A DNA stretch of 54,851 bases from Candidatus Hadarchaeum sp. (GTDB lineage Archaea; Hadarchaeota; Hadarchaeia; Hadarchaeales; Hadarchaeaceae): contig NZ_JAVZIN010000011.1 of assembly GCF_038871235.1 (NCBI RefSeq), positions 1 through 54,851 on the forward strand. The letters are read 5' to 3'. The position numbers were made by a program, and so were the translations under genes. Positions 26,291 to 35,294 of this stretch are shown in pieces. A model generated the notes under the pieces. That model ran no database searches. It was not told the DNA's origin and worked only from the letters and a program-made list of their open reading frames with translations. The stretch's first letter is position 1, and the number at the start of each line of letters is the position of its first letter.

Positions 26291-26953
26291 TTAAAGGACT
26301 TCGACGTGCTCCACATATCCGCCGCAATATCTCCTGGCGTAGAGAGCGAGGGAGTTTACTGCAGCCTCAACGCGATCGCGAGGTATCCCTGGCGCATTCC
26401 AGACGACAATCGCTATCCGAGAGGTCTTGTAGGTAACCATGGCGGCCTTGGCGTCACCAGCGGTGTAAGCGGAAAGTACCCGTTGATCGTCTCTTAAAAT
26501 CACCTCACCAGGCCTGGGGCTGACCTTGCGGCCATCGATGAGCTCAAAAGGCATCGTGTCGGTGGCTAACGTTGTCCTTAGCTCCCCCTTGACCCTCTCC
26601 AGATCATGAACGCTGACCAAAACCATATGCTCCACGGTGGCAAGTAGACATGAGTCGACGACGTTGTTCACCGAGGGGAACCTGTTGTCAAGGGCGCGCC
26701 TCACCAAGTACTCCGGTGCCGGACGGTGGCTGGATGGATCCACGCCCATCGCACTGAAGAAATCACGGTAGGCTTTGATCTCGGGTAACTCAGCCAGGTT
26801 AACCGTCCCCAGCTTGGCCTTGAGTTCGCTGAGGACCTGCTGCTTTCTCTCCTCCAGCTTTTCCACGGTGGGCTCAACCGTCACCCCGCTGGCCATGACA
26901 TAACCCGCGACGAAGCCGGGATATTTCTCCCTGACTGTCAGATCTAGCTTCAA
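26291..26953 (-). CDS. Stand-alone B3/B4 (PheRS editing-like) domain protein
   Basis: 'I.AYRDFF...G.DPS..RP..EYL.RR.L....P.VNNVVD', 'DL....G', 'GEVILRDD'. Confidence 0.85.
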   Translation of the reverse strand: MKLDLTVREKYPGFVAGYVMASGVTVEPTVEKLEERKQQVLSELKAKLGTVNLAELPEIKAYRDFFSAMGVDPSSHRPAPEYLVRRALDNRFPSVNNVVDSCLLATVEHMVLVSVHDLERVKGELRTTLATDTMPFELIDGRKVSPRPGEVILRDDQRVLSAYTAGDAKAAMVTYKTSRIAIVVWNAPGIPRDRVEAAVNSLALYARRYCGGYVEHVEVL

Positions 26954-27145
26954 GCTTCAACCTCCTTGTATATTTCGATCGAAGTCCTTTTTTTAACTTT
27001 CTAATGATTGTTTGACCTAAAAGTCTTTTAGATTGAGGTGTTTCTGAAAAAGAGCTACCGAAGCGATAAACTTTCGACTAAAACTTATTAATGAAGAATA
27101 AAAAATCATGAACAACTCCTAGGCTCAAGAATTTTATTTAACGAA

Positions 27146-28486
27146 CTATTCCTTGGCGATTTCCTCGAGAACTTTGCCTTTGGTCTCGATTCCCAGCACC
27201 GCAACGGCAACGGCACCTAAAAAGTGCATTAGGGAAAACACGGCGAAGGCTGCGGCCAAGCCACCATAAGCATACAGAAGAGGAGTTGCCGTGGGGGCAA
27301 TTACTCCCGCAATGCGTCCTATACTTGCAGCGGCACCAGATCCGGTACCTCTGATGCCCGTAGGATACAGCTCGGGCGTGTAGGCATAAAGGGCCGACCA
27401 AGCACCCAAGTTGAAGAAGGAGATGACGAGGCTCCACAGGAGTATAGATGTGGGCTCAACGGCAAAGCTCAGCAGGACACTCCCGACGCCGGCAAACGCG
27501 AGATATATCAGCGCAATCGGCTTTCTGCCCACGCGGTCGAGCAACATGGCCGCACTGTAGTATCCCGGCACCTGCGCCAGCGTGACAATCAACACCCACT
27601 GAATCGATTTAACAACGGTGAAATTCAGCGGGGGGCTCGCGTAGAAGGTGGGCAGCCAGATGAAAATTCCGTGATAGGTGTAAACGAGGACGGCCCATAA
27701 GATCCACAACAGGGCGGTTCTTCTGCGGTAATTCCGAGACCAGAGTCCCTTCAAGGCGGCTCCGAAGCTGTATCGTTGTGGATAAATTGTGGGCAATTTC
27801 GGCTCGCTGAAATCCGAGGGAACTATTTTATATTTTTTGAGCACCCCTAACGCCTCGCGGGCTTTTCCCTTCAATTGCAGGTATCTCAGGGATTCCGGCG
27901 TAAAAAAGGCAACCACGGGAAGCAGGGATAAAGGCAATAAAGCCACCAAAAATGTGGCCCGCCAGCCATAGGCCGGAAAAAGGAAAAAGGGAAAAATCAG
28001 GGAGAGAAGGGCACCGTAAACCCAGGCAGTTTCGACCAAACCCAAAAAACGTCCCCGGTACTTCGCGGGTATGTACTCCGAAACATAAACACCCGGCTGA
28101 GGGAGCGACCCACCCAACCCCACACCGGCCAGAAAGCGCAAGAGGGCCATGGTGGCAGGGTCGGGAGCCAGCGAGTTCAGGGCAGTGAAAACAGACATGG
28201 TCGTTATCGTGAAAAGGAGGGTTCTCTTCCTACCGATGCGATCAGCGAGAATGCCGCAGACAAAGGCACCGACGAACATGCCCAGATAACCCGCGCTCAA
28301 CAGTAAGCCTGAAATGAGTGGTTGCTGCCCTAACCCAAACTCCTTGATAATTGGGGTCAAAACTGCGGCGATGAGCAGGACGTTCATCGCCGTGAAGCCG
28401 TAGATAAGGCTGCCCACTAACAGCAACATGTAATGAAAGCGCGATAGCGGAGCCTTCTCCAGATAATCTAGAATAGTCTCGGCCAT
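27146..28486 (-). CDS. MFS transporter (aromatic acid/niacin-type)
   Basis: 12 TM. 'G.LADRIGRKR', 'RFLAGVGLG', 'YVSEY.P...RGR', 'PESLRYL', 'PELYPT..R.TG'. Confidence 0.92.
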   Translation of the reverse strand: MAETILDYLEKAPLSRFHYMLLLVGSLIYGFTAMNVLLIAAVLTPIIKEFGLGQQPLISGLLLSAGYLGMFVGAFVCGILADRIGRKRTLLFTITTMSVFTALNSLAPDPATMALLRFLAGVGLGGSLPQPGVYVSEYIPAKYRGRFLGLVETAWVYGALLSLIFPFFLFPAYGWRATFLVALLPLSLLPVVAFFTPESLRYLQLKGKAREALGVLKKYKIVPSDFSEPKLPTIYPQRYSFGAALKGLWSRNYRRRTALLWILWAVLVYTYHGIFIWLPTFYASPPLNFTVVKSIQWVLIVTLAQVPGYYSAAMLLDRVGRKPIALIYLAFAGVGSVLLSFAVEPTSILLWSLVISFFNLGAWSALYAYTPELYPTGIRGTGSGAAASIGRIAGVIAPTATPLLYAYGGLAAAFAVFSLMHFLGAVAVAVLGIETKGKVLEEIAKE

Positions 28487-28600
28487 CTAAGTCAACGAGA
28501 GTTATCTAAATTTAAAACCATTCTGACAGGGGGTCTGAACAAATTGTAAAAGGCTTAAAGAGCTGACCGACCTAGCTTCTTTCAGCACTGGGGAATTGAG

Positions 28601-30151
28601 ATGAGCGCAAAAACCGATGCCATTATTGTGGTTGACTTTGGTGGTCAATACGCCCACCTGATCGGCAGAAGGATCAGGGATTTCAACGTCTATTCGGAGA
28701 TCGTCCCCTACGATGTCCTCAGCGACGAAATTGCCGGTCTGAGGGAGAGATTTCTGGTGAAGGGAATCATCCTTTCAGGAGGTCCCTCCAGCGTTTACAA
28801 GGAGGATACCGTTGAAAAAGTCAACCAGATCTTTGATCTTGGATTGCCGATACTAGGTATATGCTACGGCCACCAGCTCATTGCCCATGTTTCCGGGGGA
28901 AAGGTGAAAGCAGCGGCAAAAAAGGAATACGGGATAACCATTGCCACCATTGACCGGCCGCTGGGTGTCCTGCGGGGATTAAATAAAAGGGAAAAGGTTT
29001 GGATGAGCCACAGCGACACCGTCTATAGCGTCCCACCGGAATACCTCGTCCTCGCCCACACCGAGAACTGTCCCGTGGCCGCCCTCAAGCACCGGGAGAA
29101 ACCCATCTTCGGCCTCCAGTGGCATCCAGAGGTAACCCACACCGAAAACGGAGAGAAGATGTTGCGCAACTTCATCTTCGAAGTCTGCGGCTGCCGAGCC
29201 AACTGGAGGATGGGCGACTTTGTAAAAAACTCCGTCAAAGAGATAAGGCAGCAGTCGCGGGGCAAAAAATGCATCATCGCGCTCAGCGGGGGAATCGACT
29301 CCAGCGTGGCCACCGCCTTGGCCGCTAAGGCAATTGGTAAAAGATTGACCGCGGTCTTTGTCGACCACGGCTTCATGAGGGAGGGTGAGCCGGAATTCGT
29401 TAGGAAAACCTTCGGAAAAATGGGCATAAACTTTATCTCGGTGGATGCGAGGAAAAGGTTCCTCCTGCGGCTGAAAGGAGTAACCGACCCGGAGGAAAAG
29501 CGGAAGATTATCGGTGAGGAGTTCATCAAGGTCTTCGAGGAAATCGCGAGAAAGGTGGGCGCCGACTATCTAATCCAAGGTACTATCTACCCGGACAGGA
29601 TCGAGTCGGGTTTCAGGAGGAGGTCCGAGAAGATAAAGACCCATCACAACGTCGCCGGTCTGCCCACCAAGATGGAATTCAAGGGAATCATCGAGCCGCT
29701 GCGGGACCTTTACAAGGATGAGGTGAGGAAGGTCGCCGAAAAATTAAAGCTGCCCCAGGCGATCGTCCGGAGACAGCCCTTTCCCGGACCAGGCCTTGCG
29801 GTCAGGATAACTGGAGAGATAACTCCGGAGAAAATCAAGATAGTCAAAACTTCCGACCGCATCGTCAGGGAGGAGATAGAGAGATCTGGACTGAAAGACC
29901 GCCTGTGGCAATACTTCGCCGTTTTGACCGAGACCAAGAGCACCGGGGTCAAGGGAGATGCTAGGGCCTACGGCTACACCGTTGCCATCCGGGCCGTGGA
30001 GAGCCGGGAGGCGATGACGGCAAACTTTGCCAGAATTCCTTACGAGGTTCTGGAGAGAATCTCAACCAGGATAACCAATGAAAATCCCGGCGTCACCAGA
30101 GTCGTCTACGATATCACCCACAAACCCCCGGCCACGATTGAATGGGAGTAA
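28601..30151 (+). CDS. guaA: GMP synthase, fused GATase + ATPPase
   Basis: 'DFGGQY..LI.RR', 'GICYGHQ', 'QWHPEV', 'SGGIDS', 'QGTIYPD', 'PFPGPGL', 'KPPATIEWE'. Confidence 0.97.
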   Translation: MSAKTDAIIVVDFGGQYAHLIGRRIRDFNVYSEIVPYDVLSDEIAGLRERFLVKGIILSGGPSSVYKEDTVEKVNQIFDLGLPILGICYGHQLIAHVSGGKVKAAAKKEYGITIATIDRPLGVLRGLNKREKVWMSHSDTVYSVPPEYLVLAHTENCPVAALKHREKPIFGLQWHPEVTHTENGEKMLRNFIFEVCGCRANWRMGDFVKNSVKEIRQQSRGKKCIIALSGGIDSSVATALAAKAIGKRLTAVFVDHGFMREGEPEFVRKTFGKMGINFISVDARKRFLLRLKGVTDPEEKRKIIGEEFIKVFEEIARKVGADYLIQGTIYPDRIESGFRRRSEKIKTHHNVAGLPTKMEFKGIIEPLRDLYKDEVRKVAEKLKLPQAIVRRQPFPGPGLAVRITGEITPEKIKIVKTSDRIVREEIERSGLKDRLWQYFAVLTETKSTGVKGDARAYGYTVAIRAVESREAMTANFARIPYEVLERISTRITNENPGVTRVVYDITHKPPATIEWE

Positions 30152-30152
30152 A

Positions 30153-30731
30153 TCAAAGACGACCAGACTTGAGCCTTTTGAACACATAGACCACGATGAT
30201 TACCACCGCAATCGTGGTTAACAGACCAGAGGCTGTGATGACCAAGATGTCGTCAGTCTCAGCGATAAAGGCGATCGAGATCGCGGCCAAGAAGACCCCG
30301 ATGTAGAGGCTGGCGTTGCTGCTCAGGAACTTGGTAAATTCCAAGCGAATGATTCTGTGGTATCGGCTAATCAAGATCACCAGAGTGGAAAAGATAACAA
30401 ATATTATCACCAGCGTGTAGGTGATCCCGGTCCGGTAATCGCCGAAGGTGAGCAGAAGCCCAACCTCGTCCCCGATCAGCCCCCCTCCGGATCCGAACAG
30501 AATCGCGGCCAACCGGTCGGCCCGTTCGTCGCGATAGCTGATCCCAATCCAGCCACCTATGGCCATCATCGCCAGGCCGAACCAGAAGTGGTGGATGTGA
30601 AAACCGCCGCTGACCAAGACGATGTTGGGGTAAAGCGTGGTGAACGCCCGAGCGGCCAGGAAAGCCAGGATGAAGGAGATTAAGGCCAACACCGAGAGAT
30701 TGGGCCTAAGCTCCGATCTTTCTGAGGACAA
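30153..30731 (-). CDS. Hypothetical membrane protein (HIHH motif family)
   Basis: Multiple TMs. 'GGFHIHHFWFG', 'FG.G.GLI.DE.GLLL'. Confidence 0.75.
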   Translation of the reverse strand: MSSERSELRPNLSVLALISFILAFLAARAFTTLYPNIVLVSGGFHIHHFWFGLAMMAIGGWIGISYRDERADRLAAILFGSGGGLIGDEVGLLLTFGDYRTGITYTLVIIFVIFSTLVILISRYHRIIRLEFTKFLSSNASLYIGVFLAAISIAFIAETDDILVITASGLLTTIAVVIIVVYVFKRLKSGRL

Positions 30732-30869
30732 GCAGCCACCCCACAGGACAGAAAATAATCTAACCATTCTCCCTTAAAACTCGTGACCCACTGCAAAGGT
30801 GACAAATTCCTAACCGATCTCATCATAGGCTATGCTGCCAAAAAGGCCGCTGCAACTGAGTCAAAGTAA

Positions 30870-31673
30870 TCATCCCATGGCAGCGAGCTCGCTGTATTTT
30901 TTCAACCGAAACTTTTTCCCGATCTCCCCATCCCGGAGTAAATCGGTTATTTCCCTGCCTTCTCTCTCGGCCTCCAGAGCCAGCTCCCGATGTCGGCGCA
31001 GAAAATCGAGTATCTCAGCATCTTGGAACTTCAACCCCTTGAGATACAGGATGAGGGACTCGTCAAGCGGAGTTAGATAGATGTCCTCCAGAACCACCGT
31101 CTTCAAGGCGAATTTCTTCTCCAGCCTGCTGGCGACATCAGGGGCGTGAAGTCTGCCGATGACCACATGCAAGGTGCCCACGTTGCTGGCGAGGGTAACC
31201 AGCCTCTCAGCTATTGCTGTGTTCCTCCTCTTGGTCTCATTTACCAGCTTTTGATAAAGACCCAGTATCGAGGCAAAATCCTCATCTCCCAGCAGCGCTA
31301 GGACAAGTTCATCCCGGCAGAACACCCAGTCGTTGTAGCGACCAAAATCCTCGTAACAATGAGCGCTGAAACTTTTGTTCCTTTGATAGAGTTCGGGGAG
31401 GGCCTGCAGGATGGGGCGGAAGCCGCGCTCGAAATAGGGAGAAATGACATCACCGCCGATGAGAAGCTCCATCAATTTATCGTAGGAAGTTTTGCCCCGC
31501 GCATAATCGTTTACGCGAGCCTCAACTTCCTGAGGGAATTCAAGCCCCAGATGAACGCAACCATCACTCAACAAGTAGTCTGCCACCAGCTCGCCAAATT
31601 TGTTCTCATGTGGGGCGGGTATTAACTTGATCAACTTCTCAATGACCTTCCTCTCAAAATTAATTATCCCCAT
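30870..31673 (-). CDS. Hypothetical protein
   Basis: 267-aa ORF with normal composition. 'PH...GLEFP...RRN...VVIGRLHA' is reminiscent of the TIKI/EreA/ChaN superfamily. Confidence 0.65.
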   Translation of the reverse strand: MGIINFERKVIEKLIKLIPAPHENKFGELVADYLLSDGCVHLGLEFPQEVEARVNDYARGKTSYDKLMELLIGGDVISPYFERGFRPILQALPELYQRNKSFSAHCYEDFGRYNDWVFCRDELVLALLGDEDFASILGLYQKLVNETKRRNTAIAERLVTLASNVGTLHVVIGRLHAPDVASRLEKKFALKTVVLEDIYLTPLDESLILYLKGLKFQDAEILDFLRRHRELALEAEREGREITDLLRDGEIGKKFRLKKYSELAAMG

Positions 31674-31746
31674 TCCCTTAAAACCGCTGACTCAAAAAAC
31701 CATCCGCTTTGAAATTCCCGCAAGCACCTTTGCTGGGTGATCTCAT

Positions 31747-32937
31747 TTATCTCTTGTGCCTCAAAATTAACGAAATCACCACGGCAACCGCACAAAGAAC
31801 GCCCGCGATCTGGAAGGCCCAAAGGTAGCTCCCGGTAAGGTCGAAAAGATAGCCGCTCAGATAGGGCCCGAACACACCGCCGATGCCGTAGGCGGTGAAG
31901 ACAAAGCCGTAATTTATACCATAGTATTTGGTGCCAAAAAGATCTGCCGTGGCCGAGGGAAACATAGATAGGTTGCCGCCGAAGCAGAACCCAACTACTG
32001 CCACGGCAAAAAAGAGCGAAACACCACTGGTGCCGATGAGGAGGAACATCACCGCAGCCTGAATGATGAACATTATCGTCATTGACTTTGCCCAGCCGAT
32101 CCGGTCGGAAATGCCTCCCCAAGAGATCCTGCCCAGTCCGTTGAAAATAGCCAGCACGCTCACGGCCAGCGAAGCCAGCAGGGCATCCATCCCGGTCTCC
32201 TGGGCAAACTTGGCCACGTGACCGATGACGCCCAGACCGGAAGTCGTGCCAAAGGTGTACATCAGCCAAATCATCCAGAATTTCTTCGTCCCCAACATCT
32301 GCCGCCAAGTGTAGTCCTGGATGGAGGCGGCTTTCGCCTGTCCCGATGACTTCCATCCCTCCGGACACCATCCCTGGGGCGGCACCCTTAGCCCCTGAGC
32401 ACCTCCGACGGCCACCACGAGGAAGGTTATCCCCAGCAGCTGAAAGGCGGTCTTCCAGCCAATTGTGCTTATCAGATAGGTAGCCAGCGGAGCCAGAAAA
32501 GCCGAACTGAGGCCGAAGCCGCAGATAATAATTCCGGTGACCAGTCCTTTCTTATCCGGGAACCACTTGACGCAGGTGGCAATAGGAGTTACATAGGCGA
32601 GGGCGACCCCGGCACCTGCGATGAACCCGTAAGTCAAATAAAGCCAGGGCAGGGAGGAAGTGAAGCTGGCCAAAAAGAAACCCAGCCCCAGCAGCAGGCC
32701 GCCTACCGAGGCCACCTTTCTGGGCCCGATCTTGTCGTTGAGCCGGCCGGCGGGAATCATCACAAAGGCGAAGGTGAGGAGTAGTATGGTGAAGGCCAGC
32801 GAGGTCTCTGCGGTCGTCCAACCAAACTCATTCATCAGCGGCTTGAGAAAGACGCTCCAGGCGTAGACCACTCCCAGCGTCAGGTTTATGGCGAAACCGC
32901 AGGGGACAACTATCCAGCGATTGAACCCCACCGTCAA
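31747..32937 (-). CDS. OFA-family MFS transporter (oxalate/formate antiporter-like)
   Basis: 'G..YAWSVF..PL', 'KWFPDKKGL.TG....GFG', 'NG.GR..WG..SD..G', 'D.FG.KY...NYG'. Confidence 0.92.
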   Translation of the reverse strand: MTVGFNRWIVVPCGFAINLTLGVVYAWSVFLKPLMNEFGWTTAETSLAFTILLLTFAFVMIPAGRLNDKIGPRKVASVGGLLLGLGFFLASFTSSLPWLYLTYGFIAGAGVALAYVTPIATCVKWFPDKKGLVTGIIICGFGLSSAFLAPLATYLISTIGWKTAFQLLGITFLVVAVGGAQGLRVPPQGWCPEGWKSSGQAKAASIQDYTWRQMLGTKKFWMIWLMYTFGTTSGLGVIGHVAKFAQETGMDALLASLAVSVLAIFNGLGRISWGGISDRIGWAKSMTIMFIIQAAVMFLLIGTSGVSLFFAVAVVGFCFGGNLSMFPSATADLFGTKYYGINYGFVFTAYGIGGVFGPYLSGYLFDLTGSYLWAFQIAGVLCAVAVVISLILRHKR

Positions 32938-33043
32938 CTCCTCCGCAATGTTAATTAGTTAGAGTGAAGGCATTCTAGTTTTTAAACCTATTGTCAAATA
33001 CTCGGTGTTGATTTTTTTATTTTTAGTAGCAACATCTTTAGAG

Positions 33044-33435
33044 ATGATTCTATTGGGGCGCGACCATCAGCCAAAAATATCTGAACACCAAGGGGGCTGC
33101 TGGCGCTGTGGAGAGAAGCGCTGCTCGCTCAAGAGGTTTTGCGCATCAGGACTAGGAGCTGGAAAAATCGCCTAAAGCTGGACAGGTCCAAGGCCCACCC
33201 GGATCCGGTCTCGGCCATTGGATCTTACCTCCATCCACTTAGGGAAAAACAGGAGTTATCGTTTGGGACATAACTTATTGCAGGTCGAAAGAAGTCCAAG
33301 CGATAACGGTTTCAAGAAAATGGCTAGACGAGGAACTAAAGAGAAAACGCAATAGATCAAAGTATCGGATTCTTTTGAGGGCCAAAAAGACAGAATTACA
33401 TCCCGTCTTTCGGCTTTCGAAAAGATAGGTAAACG
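33044..33435 (+). pseudogene. Decayed pyrimidine-dimer DNA glycosylase-family gene
   Basis: Frameshifted translation gives 'KYLNTKG/LLALWREALLAQEVL...KLDRSKAHPDPVSAIGSYL...ITVS...ELHPVFRL', matching the family consensus 'HP.YLD.KGL.ALWRE.LLAQ.VL...HPQL.RF...HPLF'. Confidence 0.75.
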
Positions 33436-33482
33436 GGCGCACATCGGTTGATATTTTTGAACTTGGGGACAAAAATTATCAC

Positions 33483-33562
33483 GGCGGCGGAGACCAGCTA
33501 GCCCTGACTAGCGTTGGCTAACGCTGTGGACGATGGGCACACACTAACCGCCGCCTACACCA
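33483..33562 (+). ncRNA. Archaeal H/ACA pseudouridylation guide RNA (single hairpin with K-turn)
   Basis: Lower stem GGCGGCGG/CCGCCGCC, an internal pocket, upper stem GCCC-U-GA...GA-U-GGGC K-turn, and ACA at 33557-33559. TATA-like TTTTTGAA at 33454. Confidence 0.75.
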
Positions 33563-33604
33563 GAATGGCGATTTTTCGGTTAATTGCCAAAATGCCGGGA
33601 TTTG

Positions 33605-34156
33605 TCATAAAGGCAACAGTTCTCTCTTGTACACGTCTTTAAGTACCTCGGCGGCGGCCACGTAAATTGCGCTTGCCCCGCAGAAGATTCCTTCAATGCC
33701 TGCTATAGTTTTTAGTGCTCCGATGCCGCTGAGGTCGGCGGCGGCCAGCAGAAAGAAGAGGATGACCAAGGTCAGAAAAACTACCTGGAGCCCTTTACCC
33801 AGCTTCAACGTCCCAAGGAACAAGAACCCGCTGAAGATTCCCCACAGGATCAAGTAGGCAGCCATTGACCTTGGGTCCACAACGCTCGCCCAGCCCAAGG
33901 AAGGGAAAAGCAAAATTGCCACTAGGGAAATCCAAAACATCCCGTAGGAGAGGAAAGCCACCGTCCCAAAGGTGTTTCCTTTTTTGAACTCGAGGACACC
34001 GACGATCACCTGCGCTATACCTCCGTAAAATAAACCCATGGCAAATATTACACCCACGCCGCTCGAGGGCAGGATTCCGGCGTTGACCAGATTGAGCAAC
34101 ACCGTAGTCATACCGAATGCCATCAAGCCCAGCGGTGCAGGATTTGCGCTGGTCAC
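33605..34156 (-). CDS. satP: Acetate/succinate channel, GPR1/FUN34/YaaH (SatP) family
   Basis: 'ANPAPLGL.AFG.TT..L', 'FYGG..Q', 'GNTFG..AF..YG.FW'. May start at CTG 34186. Confidence 0.92.
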   Translation of the reverse strand: MTSANPAPLGLMAFGMTTVLLNLVNAGILPSSGVGVIFAMGLFYGGIAQVIVGVLEFKKGNTFGTVAFLSYGMFWISLVAILLFPSLGWASVVDPRSMAAYLILWGIFSGFLFLGTLKLGKGLQVVFLTLVILFFLLAAADLSGIGALKTIAGIEGIFCGASAIYVAAAEVLKDVYKRELLPL

Positions 34157-34350
34157 CTGAACTGCCGAAGCCTCCTGATGCGGCAGGTATCATACCCCCA
34201 ATAACAATAGTAACAAAGATAATCATCTAAAAAAGGATTTTCGTTGAAAAATTTTATCGCTGAACCAGACCAAGACGATGATGGGAAGTATCGATTTTTG
34301 AGGACTCTAAAAAAGCTAAATTTTTACAGAAAATAAATTATAACGAGAGC

Positions 34351-34635
34351 ATGAAGGTCCGGGCTCACGTCTACGTCAGCGGGATGGTCCAAGGTGTCTT
34401 CTTCAGGGCCCACACTCAGGACCTAGCGCGGAAACTCGGCATCACTGGCTGGGTGAGAAATCTCTACGACGGTCGGGTCGAGGCGGTGTTCGAGGGCGAG
34501 CGAGACAAGGTGGAGGAGATGATAAACTTCTGCCGCCGTGGCCCCCCCGGAGCTGACGTGAGCGGGGTCGAGGTCAAATGGGAGAGCTATAAAGGTGAAT
34601 TTTCCGACTTCAGCATCAGGCACGGGTGGAAATGA
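34351..34635 (+). CDS. acyP: Acylphosphatase
   Basis: 'V.G.VQGVFFR', 'GWVRN..DGRVE', 'GPP.A.V'. Confidence 0.95.
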   Translation: MKVRAHVYVSGMVQGVFFRAHTQDLARKLGITGWVRNLYDGRVEAVFEGERDKVEEMINFCRRGPPGADVSGVEVKWESYKGEFSDFSIRHGWK

Positions 34636-35096
34636 TGAGCGTGCGTTCAATTTCCGAGATCATGGAGGAGATGCTCCGGAAGTACAGGCAGAGGCCAGAT
34701 CTCCGGAGCCAGTGGCGGTTTCTGGCCGGAAAAGACGATCACGGCTACAGCGATTTTTTCATCTACGGCCCGGGCTTCGGGATCTGGCAGATAAAGGGGG
34801 AACTCAAGAACCCCTATGAGCTAGTCGGAGCTGGGGCGAGGATGGCTGCCCGGAGGATAGACGATGAGATCAGGGAAATTCTGGAGCAGGGTTCGCCGCT
34901 TCCCTTCGGCTTCCTCTCCCCGCATCCCAGGCTGAGAGACCGCGTCATCGTGGCCTCCGGGATCGGGCGCTACCAAGAATCGATGGACGAACTCCGTGCT
35001 GCGCTGCCGGAAAGACACCACTGGGTCGAGCGGGGACTAAGGCAAAAGCTCGAGGAACTGCGCCGGAAATTTGAGCTTGACAAAGCCTACCTTTAG
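34632..35096 (+). CDS. Hypothetical protein coupled to acyP
   Basis: ATGA overlap with the acyP stop; about 154-aa ORF. Confidence 0.7.
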   Translation: MMSVRSISEIMEEMLRKYRQRPDLRSQWRFLAGKDDHGYSDFFIYGPGFGIWQIKGELKNPYELVGAGARMAARRIDDEIREILEQGSPLPFGFLSPHPRLRDRVIVASGIGRYQESMDELRAALPERHHWVERGLRQKLEELRRKFELDKAYL

Positions 35097-35294
35097 TCGG
35101 CGGGTGTCAAGCGGAGACTTCACAAGTGCTTGGAGTAAACAGTCAAGACTTGAGTATAGTAAATTGACACACTAATCATCAGAAACCACGTCTTTCCGAA
35201 TTCAAGGATCCTGCGGAATGTCAAATGAGGACTAAAATTACTCGCAGCCGTTCAAGTGATAAGCTCCAAAAATAAATTATCTGTGGTGTGAATT

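Noticed and set aside
28601-30151. Fused guaA as a sign of horizontal transfer
   Set aside because: Many archaea split the gene, but fused forms also occur, and composition here is unremarkable.
35104-35170. GTGTCAA...TTGACAC inverted repeat, possible MITE/IS end
   Set aside because: Only 7 bp, with no target-site duplication or transposase; could be chance or an operator.
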